Positions 1 through 9,245 of a stretch of DNA of 64,000 nucleotides are shown here, piece by piece (position 1 is the first letter of the stretch; each line of letters starts with the position of its first letter). The notes beneath the pieces are model-generated. The model was not told where the DNA came from. It did not search any database and saw only the letters and a program-made list of their open reading frames with translations. The stretch is from positions 10,935-74,934 of the forward strand of contig CALDCB010000005.1 of NCBI GenBank assembly GCA_937937585.1, written 5' to 3'. This DNA comes from an uncultured Coriobacteriaceae bacterium (lineage in GTDB: Bacteria; Actinomycetota; Coriobacteriia; Coriobacteriales; Eggerthellaceae). A program made the translations under genes and the position numbers.

Positions 1-848
1 ACGGCGATGCGTCGTGGAATGCCCTTGATTCAGGGGAGGGAACGACGTTTAGCTGGGACGATGCGTCCACGTATGTGCGCCGCGCGCCTTATTTCGACGG
101 CATGAAGCGTGAAGTCGGCCTGCTTGATGCGATCGCTCCCGTTTCGGGTGCACGCGTGCTGGCCAAGCTGGGGGATTTCATCACGACCGATCATATTTCT
201 CCCGCAGGTGCCATTGCGCTTGATTCCCCGGCGGCTGATTACCTGCGTGAACGTGGCGTCGCCGAGTCCGATTTCAACACGTACGGCGCGCGTCGCGGAA
301 ATCATGAGGTCATGATGCGCGGCACGTTCGCGAATGTGAAGCTTCGCAACCTGTTGGTGCAGGATAAGCAGGGCGGATGGTCCTTCGACTTCTTGAAGGG
401 CGGTGAGGACTCCCTGTTCGTTACGGCGATGGATTATCAGCAGGCGGGCGTTGGAAGCATCGTTCTTGCGGGCAAGATGTATGGCAGCGGCTCGTCGCGT
501 GACTGGGCGGCAAAGGGTCCGGCTCTTTTGGGCGTGCGCGCGGTGATCGCCGAGAGCTTCGAGCGCATTCATCGCTCGAACCTTATCGGCATGGGCATCC
601 TGCCTCTTCAATTTGAAGAAGGCCAAAACGCTGATGCTCTCGGTTTGGACGGTACCGAGGTCTTCGATGTTGCCGCGATCGACTTCAGCGCCGGCTTGCC
701 CAGCCCTGCAAAGGTTTCGGTGGCGGCGCACAAGCAGGATGGTTCGATCGTCGGTTTTCAGGCGACGGTTCGCATCGACACCCCGACTGAAGGCGCGTAT
801 TACGCGAATGGCGGTATTTTGCAGTACGTCTTGCGTCAGCTTTCCTAA
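1..848 (+). CDS. acnA: aconitate hydratase, C-terminal fragment (5' end upstream of window)
   Basis: Frame is open from the window edge. Translation carries aconitase swivel-domain hallmarks (GARRGNHEVMMRGTFAN, GSGSSRDWAAKG, ERIHRSNLIGMGILPLQF). TAA at 846-848 is followed by a hairpin terminator. Confidence 0.9.
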   Translation, partial: GDASWNALDSGEGTTFSWDDASTYVRRAPYFDGMKREVGLLDAIAPVSGARVLAKLGDFITTDHISPAGAIALDSPAADYLRERGVAESDFNTYGARRGNHEVMMRGTFANVKLRNLLVQDKQGGWSFDFLKGGEDSLFVTAMDYQQAGVGSIVLAGKMYGSGSSRDWAAKGPALLGVRAVIAESFERIHRSNLIGMGILPLQFEEGQNADALGLDGTEVFDVAAIDFSAGLPSPAKVSVAAHKQDGSIVGFQATVRIDTPTEGAYYANGGILQYVLRQLS

Positions 849-875
849 ACCGCATCACTCGCCTTCTTGTTCTTG

Positions 876-914
876 CCCCGCATGCGCACCTTTGCTCATG
901 CGGGGTTTTCGTTT
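876..914 (+). terminator. rho-independent terminator after acnA
   Basis: 9-bp stem CCCCGCATG (876-884) / CATGCGGGG (897-905), followed by TTTTCGTTT. Confidence 0.7.
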
Positions 915-1035
915 GGTCCTATGGTTATTCAACAGGAAGCCTTCAATCGCGGCGTGACGGCTGGAAGCCAAAGTCGCGTATGTTATGGTTTACGGTGGAT
1001 GTTTGCAATTCGAGCACTATTTGGAAGGATGCCTT

Positions 1036-3039
1036 ATGGCTCAATCAGGATTCGAGTCCCTGCTTGACGCACTGCGTCAGTCGGGGGTCGATGTGAACGG
1101 TGTGGGCGGCTCTCAACCGCAAGAGGCCGAAGCCACCGTGGTCGACGACGCGTCGTCGACGGACAACCGCGCGGGTTCGCGCGGCGCATCGAACGGCGGC
1201 GGGCAGAGGCCCCCACAAAACCCGCTTCATGTCGATTTCGGCGAACTTGGCGACAAGATCAGCAGCTGGACGCGCAAGACTATCATCACCGCTGCCATCG
1301 TCTTCGTCCTGGTGCTCCTTGCCGCATACTGGTGGTTCCATCCGCCTATCAGCATCAACAGCGTCGACACCTGGATGTTCGTCGGTGTGTTCGTCCTGTT
1401 ACCCATCTTCCTGTTCGCAAAGGCGCGTTCGCGTACGTATGAAACGGGCAATTCGAAGACCGATCCCAATCCGGGCAAGGCGAAAAGCTTCAAGGCTCTG
1501 TCTTTCGTCCCGATTGCCGTCATCGTTCTTGGCCTGCTTGGCGCTCTGCTGTCGTTCGATTTCTTCCCCGGTAATGCCCAGAAATACGCGAATGTCTTGC
1601 AGACCGAGCAGTTGAAGTTCACCGACGACATTCAGGAAGTCGACTACTCGCAGATCCCCGTCATCGACCACGACTCCGCCGAGCTTTTGGGCAACCGCGA
1701 GATGGGCTCGATCCCCGAGTACGTTTCACAGTTCGAGATTTCCAACTTGTACAGCCAGATCAACTACCAGGGCACGCCTGTTCGCGTAAGCCCCCTTGGG
1801 TATGCCGACCTGTTCAAGTGGCTGATGAACCGCGAGAACGGCATCCCAGCATACGCGTTGGTCGACATGACCACGCAGGATGCTCAGATCGTCACTATGG
1901 ACGAAGGCATGAAGTACACGGCCTCCGAGCCGCTGGCGCGCAACATCGACCGTTACGTTCAGCTGAAGTACCCGTTCTACATCTTCGACGAGAAGTCCTT
2001 CGAGATCGATGAAGACGGTCAGCCGTGGTGGATCTGCCCGGTGCGTTCGTACACCATCGGCTTGTTCGGTGGCGAAACCATCAGCCGCGTCGTTCTGTGC
2101 AACGCCGTTACGGGCGAGTGCCAGGATCTTGCCATCGATGAGGTTCCGCAGTGGGTTGACCGTGCGTATCCTGCCAGCCTGCTTATCAAGCAGTACAACT
2201 GGAGCGGTAAATACAATAACGGTTGGTTCAATTCGTGGCTTGGCCAGTCCGGCGTGTTCCAAACCACGCCCGGCACCAACGGCGAGCAGGGCTACAACTA
2301 CATCGCTAAAGACGACGACGTGTGGGTGTACACCGGCGTCACGTCTGCAACGTCCGATAGCTCCATCATCGGCTTCGTGCTGATCAACCAGCGCACCGCC
2401 GAGTCGCATTACTACTCGATCTCGGGCGCAACCGAGGATTCGGCGATGCAGTCGGCAGAGGGCCAGGTTCAGAACCTGCGCTACACTGCCACGTTCCCGA
2501 TTCTCATCAACGTTGCCAACCAGCCGACGTACTTCATGGCATTGAAGGATGCGGCAGGCTTGGTCAAGCAGTTCGCCATGATCGACATCCAGCGCTACCA
2601 GAACGTTGCCGTTGGCGACACGGTTGCTTCGTGCCAGAAGTCCTACGAGGCGCTGCTTGCCACGAATGGCGTTTTGACCGGCGGCGATGCCGCCAATATC
2701 ACCGACTTGGCGTCGGCGACCGGCTCTATTAGGACTTACGCTCAGGGTGTGATCGAGGGCAACTCGCACTTCTACGTCACCCTTGACGGCGATAAGCGTA
2801 TTTACGACTTCGCGCTGCCCGGTCTGGTTGAGATTGCCGCGTATGGCGTAGGCGATACCATCAGCTTCACGTACATCGACAGCGACCCGACGTGTCCGGT
2901 CCAAAGCATCGAGGGCGCCGACAGCTCCAAGACTTCCTCTGCAGATTCCGCCGCTGGTGGGGCAGGGGAGTCTGCGGCCGACTCTGCGGGTGCCTCTAGC
3001 GCCGTTTCAGCTGGGTCGACCGAGAAGGCTGCCGCCTAG
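1036..3039 (+). CDS. uncharacterised membrane-anchored protein with large extracytoplasmic domain
   Basis: ATG 1036 lies 6 nt after GGAAGGA (the ORF also has an ATG at 985). About 90 aa of low-complexity N-terminus, then three hydrophobic segments (IITAAIVFVLVLLAAYWWF, WMFVGVFVLLPIFLFA, FVPIAVIVLGLLGALLSF). A roughly 480-aa W/Y-rich domain and a Ser/Ala-rich tail follow. I recognise no catalytic motif. Confidence 0.75.
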   Translation: MAQSGFESLLDALRQSGVDVNGVGGSQPQEAEATVVDDASSTDNRAGSRGASNGGGQRPPQNPLHVDFGELGDKISSWTRKTIITAAIVFVLVLLAAYWWFHPPISINSVDTWMFVGVFVLLPIFLFAKARSRTYETGNSKTDPNPGKAKSFKALSFVPIAVIVLGLLGALLSFDFFPGNAQKYANVLQTEQLKFTDDIQEVDYSQIPVIDHDSAELLGNREMGSIPEYVSQFEISNLYSQINYQGTPVRVSPLGYADLFKWLMNRENGIPAYALVDMTTQDAQIVTMDEGMKYTASEPLARNIDRYVQLKYPFYIFDEKSFEIDEDGQPWWICPVRSYTIGLFGGETISRVVLCNAVTGECQDLAIDEVPQWVDRAYPASLLIKQYNWSGKYNNGWFNSWLGQSGVFQTTPGTNGEQGYNYIAKDDDVWVYTGVTSATSDSSIIGFVLINQRTAESHYYSISGATEDSAMQSAEGQVQNLRYTATFPILINVANQPTYFMALKDAAGLVKQFAMIDIQRYQNVAVGDTVASCQKSYEALLATNGVLTGGDAANITDLASATGSIRTYAQGVIEGNSHFYVTLDGDKRIYDFALPGLVEIAAYGVGDTISFTYIDSDPTCPVQSIEGADSSKTSSADSAAGGAGESAADSAGASSAVSAGSTEKAAA

Positions 3040-3065
3040 TCATCCCGTGTCGGTTCGTTTTGCAA

Positions 3066-3098
3066 GTGTCTCGTCTTCGGACGGGGCGCTTTTCTTTT
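3066..3098 (+). terminator. probable rho-independent terminator
   Basis: 10-bp stem (including 3 G-U pairs) around a TTCG loop at 3076-3079, followed by TTTTCTTTT. Confidence 0.55.
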
Positions 3099-3356
3099 GC
3101 CGAGATTCATCAACGGGCGAGGTCCCTATTTTTGGACGGGACGAACGGGCGGATTTTCTCTGGCATGATTTGAGAATCTCCCCTTGCGAAGACGGTTTTT
3201 GATGTGTAATGTGAACTTATTGTGTTGGGAGCGTGTCCGAAATATGAAGACGCTGCGTTTGCAGGAGGCGCTGCCGGGTAGGAGCGGTGGACGCGCGACC
3301 AATGTCGTTGACTTACGGCTTAGGCTGTTGCCGCAGGTCCGATGGAAGGGAGAGAT

Positions 3357-4844
3357 ATGGCAGAAACAGTTAAGAAGGAGAAGAAGGATCTTTACTGGGT
3401 TCACACCGTCATCGGCTTCGTGATCTTGATCCTCTTCTCGTGGGTGCTTCCCGCACCCGACCCCATCACGCCTCTTGGCATGAAGGTCATCGGCGCCTTC
3501 TTGATGATGGTCTACACCTGGTCGACGGTCGGCACCTTGTGGCCGTCGCTTCTGGGCCTGTTCTTCGTCGGCATCTCGGGAATCGGTGGCGACGCCGGCT
3601 TCAACGGGGTATGGATGAAGGCCGTCGGCAACTACACCGTATTGCTGGTCCTGTTCGGCATGATCCTGTTCGGCGCCGTTGATTCCGTTGGCGACACGCT
3701 GTACATCACGAAATGGATCCTGACCCGTAAGATCTTCGCCGGTCGTCCGCTGGTGTTCATGGCTCTGTTCTATCTGTGCTGCAGTATTCTTGCTGGCTTG
3801 ATCAGCCCGATCACTGGTTTGATCATTCTATGGCCTATATCGTTGCGCATCGCTGAGACCATGAACCTCACGCGCGAGGATGCAGCTTGGAAGTACTTCT
3901 TCGTCGGCATGTTCCTGACCATGACCCTGGCTCAGCCGCTGCTGCCCTTCAAGGGCGCGGCTCTGATCCCGGTTGCTGCATTCCAAACCATGACCAGCAC
4001 GCAGATGCCCATCTTGGCCCACATGTTGGTGGACGTCATCATGACCTTCCTGATCATGAGCATCTACTTGCTTCTGATTAAGCTCCTGCGCGTCGACCTT
4101 TCCAAGATGAAGGCCGTTACTCCCGAGATGATCGAGAAGCAGATGCCGCTTCCCCCGATGGACCTTCGCCAGAAGGCGTTCTTGTGGATGATCCCCATCT
4201 ACATCTTGGCCCTTATCCTTCCGTCCTTCCTTCCGAAGGACAACCCAGTCGTCGCCTTCATGAACACCATGGGCGTTCTGGGAACCACCGTCGCGATCTT
4301 CGTGTTCTTCCTGGTTGCCCGCTTCAACGGCGAGCCGATGCTGGACATGAAGGAAGTTGCTTACAAGCAGTTCAACTGGGGCATCTTCTTCATGATCGCC
4401 GCAGCCGTCTTCACCGCCAACCAGCTGTCGAACAGCGCCACGGGCGTTTCCGCGTTTTTGGTTCAGGTTCTTAATCCTATTTTGGGCGGGCAATCCGAGA
4501 TGGGCTTCATCGCCATTATGTTCACGGTGGCCTTGATCATCACCAACTTCGCGAACAACGCCGCAATGGCCGTCGTTCTGCTGCCGGTTGTCATCTCATT
4601 CTCGGATCAGCTGGGCATTGCCGCCATGCCGGTTGCCATGGGCGTTATCATGATGGTCTTCGTCGCCATGCTGACCCCTGCCGCATCCCCGCATGCAGGC
4701 ATGATGTGGGGCCGCAAGGACATCTACACTGCAGGCGATATCATGTCCATCGGTTTGCCGATGTGCATCGTCACGCTGGTGATGTATATCCTCGTCGGCT
4801 ACCCGCTGGCAAAGGTGCTCTGCGCGGCGTTTGGCGCCATCTAA
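3357..4844 (+). CDS. DASS/SLC13-like (ion-transporter superfamily) permease, paralog 1
   Basis: ATG 3357 is preceded by GGAAGGGAGAG. Polytopic membrane protein. The C-terminal half matches the DASS pattern as I recall it (TNFANNAAMAVVLLPV hairpin-type motif; AMLTPAASPHAGMMWG). Substrate unknown. Confidence 0.8.
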   Translation: MAETVKKEKKDLYWVHTVIGFVILILFSWVLPAPDPITPLGMKVIGAFLMMVYTWSTVGTLWPSLLGLFFVGISGIGGDAGFNGVWMKAVGNYTVLLVLFGMILFGAVDSVGDTLYITKWILTRKIFAGRPLVFMALFYLCCSILAGLISPITGLIILWPISLRIAETMNLTREDAAWKYFFVGMFLTMTLAQPLLPFKGAALIPVAAFQTMTSTQMPILAHMLVDVIMTFLIMSIYLLLIKLLRVDLSKMKAVTPEMIEKQMPLPPMDLRQKAFLWMIPIYILALILPSFLPKDNPVVAFMNTMGVLGTTVAIFVFFLVARFNGEPMLDMKEVAYKQFNWGIFFMIAAAVFTANQLSNSATGVSAFLVQVLNPILGGQSEMGFIAIMFTVALIITNFANNAAMAVVLLPVVISFSDQLGIAAMPVAMGVIMMVFVAMLTPAASPHAGMMWGRKDIYTAGDIMSIGLPMCIVTLVMYILVGYPLAKVLCAAFGAI

Positions 4845-4898
4845 TCGGATTTACCGATTGCATCGAATGTTCTTATCCTGCAAGGGCTTTCGCTGATG

Positions 4899-4937
4899 AA
4901 AAGGCTTTGGGTTTCGAGCCCAAAGCCTTTTCTATTT
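4899..4937 (+). terminator. rho-independent terminator after permease 1
   Basis: 13-bp perfect stem AAAAGGCTTTGGG (4899-4911) / CCCAAAGCCTTTT (4919-4931) with a 7-nt loop and a T-rich tail. Confidence 0.8.
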
Positions 4938-5257
4938 GGGGAAACGTCGATGGGGTGGAGTTTTACCGCGTGTGAAGAGGACGGCTTTTGTCGTTGAAAT
5001 GTCAAATTACGAATAACTTCGACGTGCATATATCGGTTTTAACTATCGTCTAGGCCGTTGCTCATAAGTCATTCTTATAACCGACATTTCCGAAGTGCTG
5101 TAAAGTGATCTTGTTGTGTTGAGTAAGTGTCTACGGTTTGAAGAGAGTCTCTTCGTTATGTAGGGAGCGAAGGGAAGTAGGAAAGGCAGACGCTTGCCCA
5201 ACGTGTTTCCTCTGCGATGCGGTTCCTTGGCATCACGGACTTGAGGAAGGGAGAAAA

Positions 5258-6739
5258 ATGGCTGAGAAAGCTAAAAAGGAAAAGAAGGATCTATATTGGA
5301 TTCACGTTGTCATCGGCTTCGCGATCCTGATCCTGTTCTCTTGGGTGCTCCCTGCACCCAGCCCCATCACCCCGCTCGGCATGAAGGTTGTCGGTGCGTT
5401 CTTGATGATGGTCTACACTTGGTCTACGGTCGGCACTCTGTGGCCGTCCCTCTTGGGTCTGTTCTTCGTCTCCATCTCTGGTGTTGGCGATGCCGGTCTC
5501 AATGGCGTGTGGATGCAGGCTGTTGGTAACTACACCGTACTGCTGACCCTCTTCGCTATGATCCTGTTCGGCGCAGTGGACGAAGTCGGCGACACGCTGT
5601 ACATCTGCAAGTGGCTGCTTACCCGTAAGGTCTTCGCCGGTCGTCCTTTCGTCTTCCTGGCGATCTTCTACCTGTGCTGCTTCGTTCTGTCCACCTTGGT
5701 CAGCCCGATCTCCGGCCTGATCATCATGTGGCCGATCTCGCTGCGCTTGGCTGAGACCATGGGCGTCACTCGTGACGACGCATTCTGGAAGTTCTTCTTC
5801 GTCGGCATGTTCCTCTGCATGACCCTTGGTCAGCCGTTCTTCCCCTTCATGGGCGCTCAGCTGATCCCCTGCTCTGCTTTTGCTTCCATGACCGGCACCA
5901 GCATTCCGATGCTTCCCTACATGCTCGTCAACCTCATCATGACCTTCCTGGTTATGGCCGTCTTCCTGCTGCTCATCAAGTTGCTGCGCGTTGACATCTC
6001 CAAGCTGAAGGGCGTCAACCCCGATATGATCGAAGAGCAGATGCCGCTTCCCCCGATGGATCTTCGCCAGAAGGCATTCCTCTGGATGATCCCGATCTAT
6101 CTGATCGCCCTGATCGTTCCGTCCTTCCTTCCGAAGGACAACCCGGTTGTCGCATTCCTGAACTCCCTCGGTGTTCTGGGAACCACCGTTGCGTTCTTCG
6201 TGTTCTTCCTGGTTGCCCGCTTCAACGGCAAGCCGATGCTGGACATGAAGGAAGTTGCTTACAAGCAGTTCAACTGGGGCATCTTCTTCATGATCGCCGC
6301 AGCCGTCTTCACCGCCAACCAGCTCTCCAGCCCGGCTACCGGTGTTTCCTCTTGGCTCGTTCAGCTCCTCGACCCGATCCTGGGCAACCAGTCTGAGATG
6401 GGCTTCATCGCCATCATGTTCACCGTTGCTCTGCTGATCACCAACTTCGCGAACAACGCCGCAATGGCAGTCGTTCTGCTTCCGGTTGTCATTCAGTTCT
6501 CCGCCAAGCTCGGCATCGACGCTGTGCCGGTTGCCATGGGCGTCATCCTCATGGTCTTCGTCGCCATGCTGACCCCTGCCGCATCCCCGCATGCAGGCAT
6601 GATGTGGGGCCGCAAGGACATCTACTCGCCTGGCGAGATCATGTCCGTTGGTTTCCCGATGTGCATCATCACCCTGGTCGGCTACATCTTCATCGGTTAC
6701 CCGCTGGCCAAGCTCCTGCTTGCAGCCTTCGGCGCATAA
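5258..6739 (+). CDS. DASS/SLC13-like (ion-transporter superfamily) permease, paralog 2
   Basis: ATG 5258 is preceded by GAGGAAGGGAG and aligns with the start of paralog 1 (MAEKAKKEKKDLYW vs MAETVKKEKKDLYW). Collinear with paralog 1 over its full length. Confidence 0.8.
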   Translation: MAEKAKKEKKDLYWIHVVIGFAILILFSWVLPAPSPITPLGMKVVGAFLMMVYTWSTVGTLWPSLLGLFFVSISGVGDAGLNGVWMQAVGNYTVLLTLFAMILFGAVDEVGDTLYICKWLLTRKVFAGRPFVFLAIFYLCCFVLSTLVSPISGLIIMWPISLRLAETMGVTRDDAFWKFFFVGMFLCMTLGQPFFPFMGAQLIPCSAFASMTGTSIPMLPYMLVNLIMTFLVMAVFLLLIKLLRVDISKLKGVNPDMIEEQMPLPPMDLRQKAFLWMIPIYLIALIVPSFLPKDNPVVAFLNSLGVLGTTVAFFVFFLVARFNGKPMLDMKEVAYKQFNWGIFFMIAAAVFTANQLSSPATGVSSWLVQLLDPILGNQSEMGFIAIMFTVALLITNFANNAAMAVVLLPVVIQFSAKLGIDAVPVAMGVILMVFVAMLTPAASPHAGMMWGRKDIYSPGEIMSVGFPMCIITLVGYIFIGYPLAKLLLAAFGA

Positions 6740-6780
6740 TCAGCCTAAGCTGATCGTGATCTGACCTACACAGATTACTT

Positions 6781-6815
6781 GAAGGCCTCCCTTCGGGGAG
6801 GCCTTCTTGATTTCT
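6781..6815 (+). terminator. rho-independent terminator after permease 2
   Basis: 11-bp perfect stem GAAGGCCTCCC / GGGAGGCCTTC with a TTCG tetraloop, followed by TTGATTTCT. Confidence 0.85.
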
Positions 6816-6989
6816 CGGCTGTAATGAGGCTTATAGGACACCCTTCGTTCCATAAGACCCTTATTAGGCATGTGGTGATTGCGTGCAGCGTAGTGTCTGA
6901 ATCGCAGCTTGGGTCGCAATGGCAATTAAGGTTCGCTATTATAGAACAGCTGCATTTCGATGTAGCTTGTTAGTGGAATTGTTCCGCTA

Positions 6990-7165
6990 CCTAAGACAGC
7001 TGGTACCGAATGGTTCAAACGCGTTGCGGCCCGCCGAGGTGGTTAGCACATTAGTTAATGTCAACCCCTGCTGTCTTGGCGATGGCGGGGGTTGTTGCTT
7101 TTCAAGGGCTTTCAACCCCACCGACCAGGTGCGGAACCGAAGTGCTTGAAAAGGAGGTGTACTAC
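6990..7165 (+). promoter_or_regulatory. candidate L10(L12)4-responsive leader of rplJL
   Basis: Long structured-looking untranslated region directly upstream of rplJ; the AAGGAGG RBS is at its 3' end. Autoregulatory L10 leaders are known in Gram-positives. I did not verify the consensus structure. Confidence 0.3.
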
Positions 7166-7687
7166 ATGCCAAACGCTCAGAATCAGGCGATGATGGCAGC
7201 GATCAAGGAGGATCTGGACGGCGTAGTTGCCATTTGGGCCGTCGACTATCGCGGTCTCACCGTCAAGGAGACTGAAGAGCTCCGTCGTTCCGTCCGCGAG
7301 GCCGACGCTTTCATGAAGGTGTACAAGAACACCATCATGCGCATCGCTCTCAAGGATCTGGACATGGCGAACATCGACGAGGTGCTCGACGGTCCTTCCG
7401 CATTCGTGTTCTGCAAGAACGATCCTGCTGCATCCGCAAAGGCGCTCAAGGACTTCGCTAAGGATCACGAGAACCTGACGATCAAGGGCGGCATGATGGA
7501 CGGCGCGTTCGTTACGGCTGCAGAGGTCGAGGCTATTGCCTCTCTGCCTTCCCGCGAGCAGCTGCTCGGCCAGATCGCCGGCGCTATCTCGGGTATCGCA
7601 CGCGGCCTCGCTGTTACCGTCAGCGGTGTGTCCCGTGGTTTGGCTCAGACGATCAGCCAGGTCGCCGAGCAGAAGCCTGCTGCTTAA
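7166..7687 (+). CDS. rplJ: 50S ribosomal protein L10
   Basis: ATG 7166 follows AAGGAGG. MPNAQNQAMMAAIKEDLDG...VDYRGLTVKETEELRR is typical of L10. Located immediately upstream of rplL. Confidence 0.95.
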   Translation: MPNAQNQAMMAAIKEDLDGVVAIWAVDYRGLTVKETEELRRSVREADAFMKVYKNTIMRIALKDLDMANIDEVLDGPSAFVFCKNDPAASAKALKDFAKDHENLTIKGGMMDGAFVTAAEVEAIASLPSREQLLGQIAGAISGIARGLAVTVSGVSRGLAQTISQVAEQKPAA

Positions 7688-7777
7688 TGCAGGTTCGCGG
7701 CGGATGCCGCAGCGACGAAACGTCGCGACATTTGAATTTAAATCAGGCCGCATAGGCCGCTTTGAAAGGAATTTGAA

Positions 7778-8149
7778 ATGGCTCTGACCAACGAAGAGAT
7801 TATCGAGGCCCTGAAGGAGAAGTCCCTGCTCGAGGCTTCTGAGCTCGTTAAGATGATCGAGGACACCTTTGGTGTTTCCGCTGCTGCTCCTGCTGCTGTT
7901 GCAGTTGCTGCTGCTCCTGCTGAGGCTGCTGAAGAGAAGACCGATTTCGACGTCGTTCTCGAGGGCTTCGGCGACAACAAGATCGCTGTCATCAAGGTCG
8001 TTCGTGAGATCACCGGCCTTGGCCTGAAGGAAGCTAAGGAGACCGTCGAGAGCGCTCCTAAGGCTATCAAGGAGGGCGCTTCCAAGGAGGAGGCCGAGGA
8101 GATCAAGGCCAAGCTCGAGGAAGCCGGCGCTGCCGTTACCTTGAAGTAA
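7778..8149 (+). CDS. rplL: 50S ribosomal protein L7/L12
   Basis: N-terminal dimerisation segment, Ala-rich hinge ([20 protein letters not shown]) and C-terminal domain [20 protein letters not shown]...[13 protein letters not shown]. Confidence 0.97.
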   Translation: MALTNEEIIEALKEKSLLEASELVKMIEDTFGVSAAAPAAVAVAAAPAEAAEEKTDFDVVLEGFGDNKIAVIKVVREITGLGLKEAKETVESAPKAIKEGASKEEAEEIKAKLEEAGAAVTLK

Positions 8150-8200
8150 TTCGGATTCATCCGATCTTCTTGCCCGTTCGCTGCAAGGCGAGGGGTATTC

Positions 8201-8238
8201 AACAACCTGGAGGCATTTGCTTCCAGGTTGTTTTTTTC
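8201..8238 (+). terminator. rho-independent terminator after rplL
   Basis: 12-bp stem (8203-8214 / 8219-8230) with a 4-nt loop, followed by a T7 tract at 8231-8237. Confidence 0.85.
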
Positions 8239-8279
8239 TGCGATAATACGATCATGTAAGCGAATGAAAGGGGCCGACG

Positions 8280-9113
8280 ATGGAGATCCGTTATTTCGAC
8301 TCGGCGTGGAACGATATCAAGAACTCGCCTGGTTGGTTTGGCAAGCTGGTGCTGTTGGCTCTTGTTGGAATGATCCCGATATTTGGTTGGATCGTTGTTG
8401 TTGGCTACATGTACGGATGGGCGCGAAGCATTGCCTGGGGCGTGCATTCGCCCATGCCGCAGCATATTTTCGGCGAGCCCGACGACAAGCCCTATCGCCG
8501 TGGCTTCTACGCTTTGATCATTCTGCTTGTGATCGGATTGATTCCGGGTTTCGTTTCGGGATTCTCCGAGACGATCTATGGTTCGGGTGTCTCGTGGGGT
8601 GCAGTCTACGGCAGCCTTGTTTTCGACATTCTTGGATTTGCCCTATCTATTGCCGCGACGATTTTCGGCTCTATTTGTTGCGTGCGCATGGCTATTTACG
8701 ATCGATTGAGCGCTGGATTCCAGTTCGGTCGCGTCGTGAAAATGATCAAGCAGGATACTAAGGGCGCTGCACGCCTTTTGGGTTTGAGCGTGGTCGCCGA
8801 GATCATCGCAGGCGTGGTGATTTTCATTGCAGTCATGATCGGCTCTTTCGTGGCCTTTGCTACGTTCGGCGTTGCTTTCTTCACTGCGTCCGCCACTGGT
8901 GCGGTGACATCAACCAGCGGTGCGGCAATGGCTTCGAGCGGTCTCATACTTTTGGTCGTGATCGGGTGCCTGGTTTTGGCGTTCGTGTCCGTCATGGCCG
9001 CCCTCTTCGCGAACCTGTTGATCGTTCGTGCAACGGGCTACTGGGTCTATCAGTTCGACGTCCCTCAGTGGGGTAAGCAGGATGATCCTATGCCGTTCGA
9101 ACGCGATGTTTAG
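8280..9113 (+). CDS. multi-pass membrane protein, DUF4013-like
   Basis: N-terminus FDSAWNDIKNSPGWFGKLVLLALVGMIPIFGWIVVVGYMYGWAR resembles the DUF4013 pattern as I recall it. About 6 hydrophobic segments. Confidence 0.6.
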   Translation: MEIRYFDSAWNDIKNSPGWFGKLVLLALVGMIPIFGWIVVVGYMYGWARSIAWGVHSPMPQHIFGEPDDKPYRRGFYALIILLVIGLIPGFVSGFSETIYGSGVSWGAVYGSLVFDILGFALSIAATIFGSICCVRMAIYDRLSAGFQFGRVVKMIKQDTKGAARLLGLSVVAEIIAGVVIFIAVMIGSFVAFATFGVAFFTASATGAVTSTSGAAMASSGLILLVVIGCLVLAFVSVMAALFANLLIVRATGYWVYQFDVPQWGKQDDPMPFERDV

Positions 9114-9181
9114 TATTTGGAATGCACCCTTCGGCGAGGGCTTTAGTCGGTAAGCAAGACCCTTGGCGTTTAATCAAAGTA

Positions 9182-9220
9182 GGAAAGGCCAGCGAACTGA
9201 TCGCTGGCCTTTCCTTTTTG
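9182..9220 (+). terminator. rho-independent terminator (convergent gene pair)
   Basis: 14-bp perfect stem GGAAAGGCCAGCGA (9182-9195) / TCGCTGGCCTTTCC (9201-9214), followed by TTTTT. Confidence 0.85.
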
Positions 9221-9245
9221 GTGTCATGTTCTGATTGGCGCGGTG

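Noticed and set aside
4980-5095. An AT-richer stretch with long-range complementarity (GAAATGTC … TCGGTT … AACCGACATTTC) between the two permease genes, considered as a possible sRNA.
   Set aside because: The pairings are short and could arise by chance in ~100 nt. There is no promoter/terminator pair defining a transcript. It is more likely just the upstream promoter region of permease 2.
5138-5257. A TTG-initiated 40-aa N-terminal extension of permease 2 (and ATG 3342 for permease 1).
   Set aside because: The two paralogs align from MAE(T/K)… onward. Each of those ATGs has a GGAAGGGAG-type RBS at proper spacing. The extensions are not conserved between the copies.
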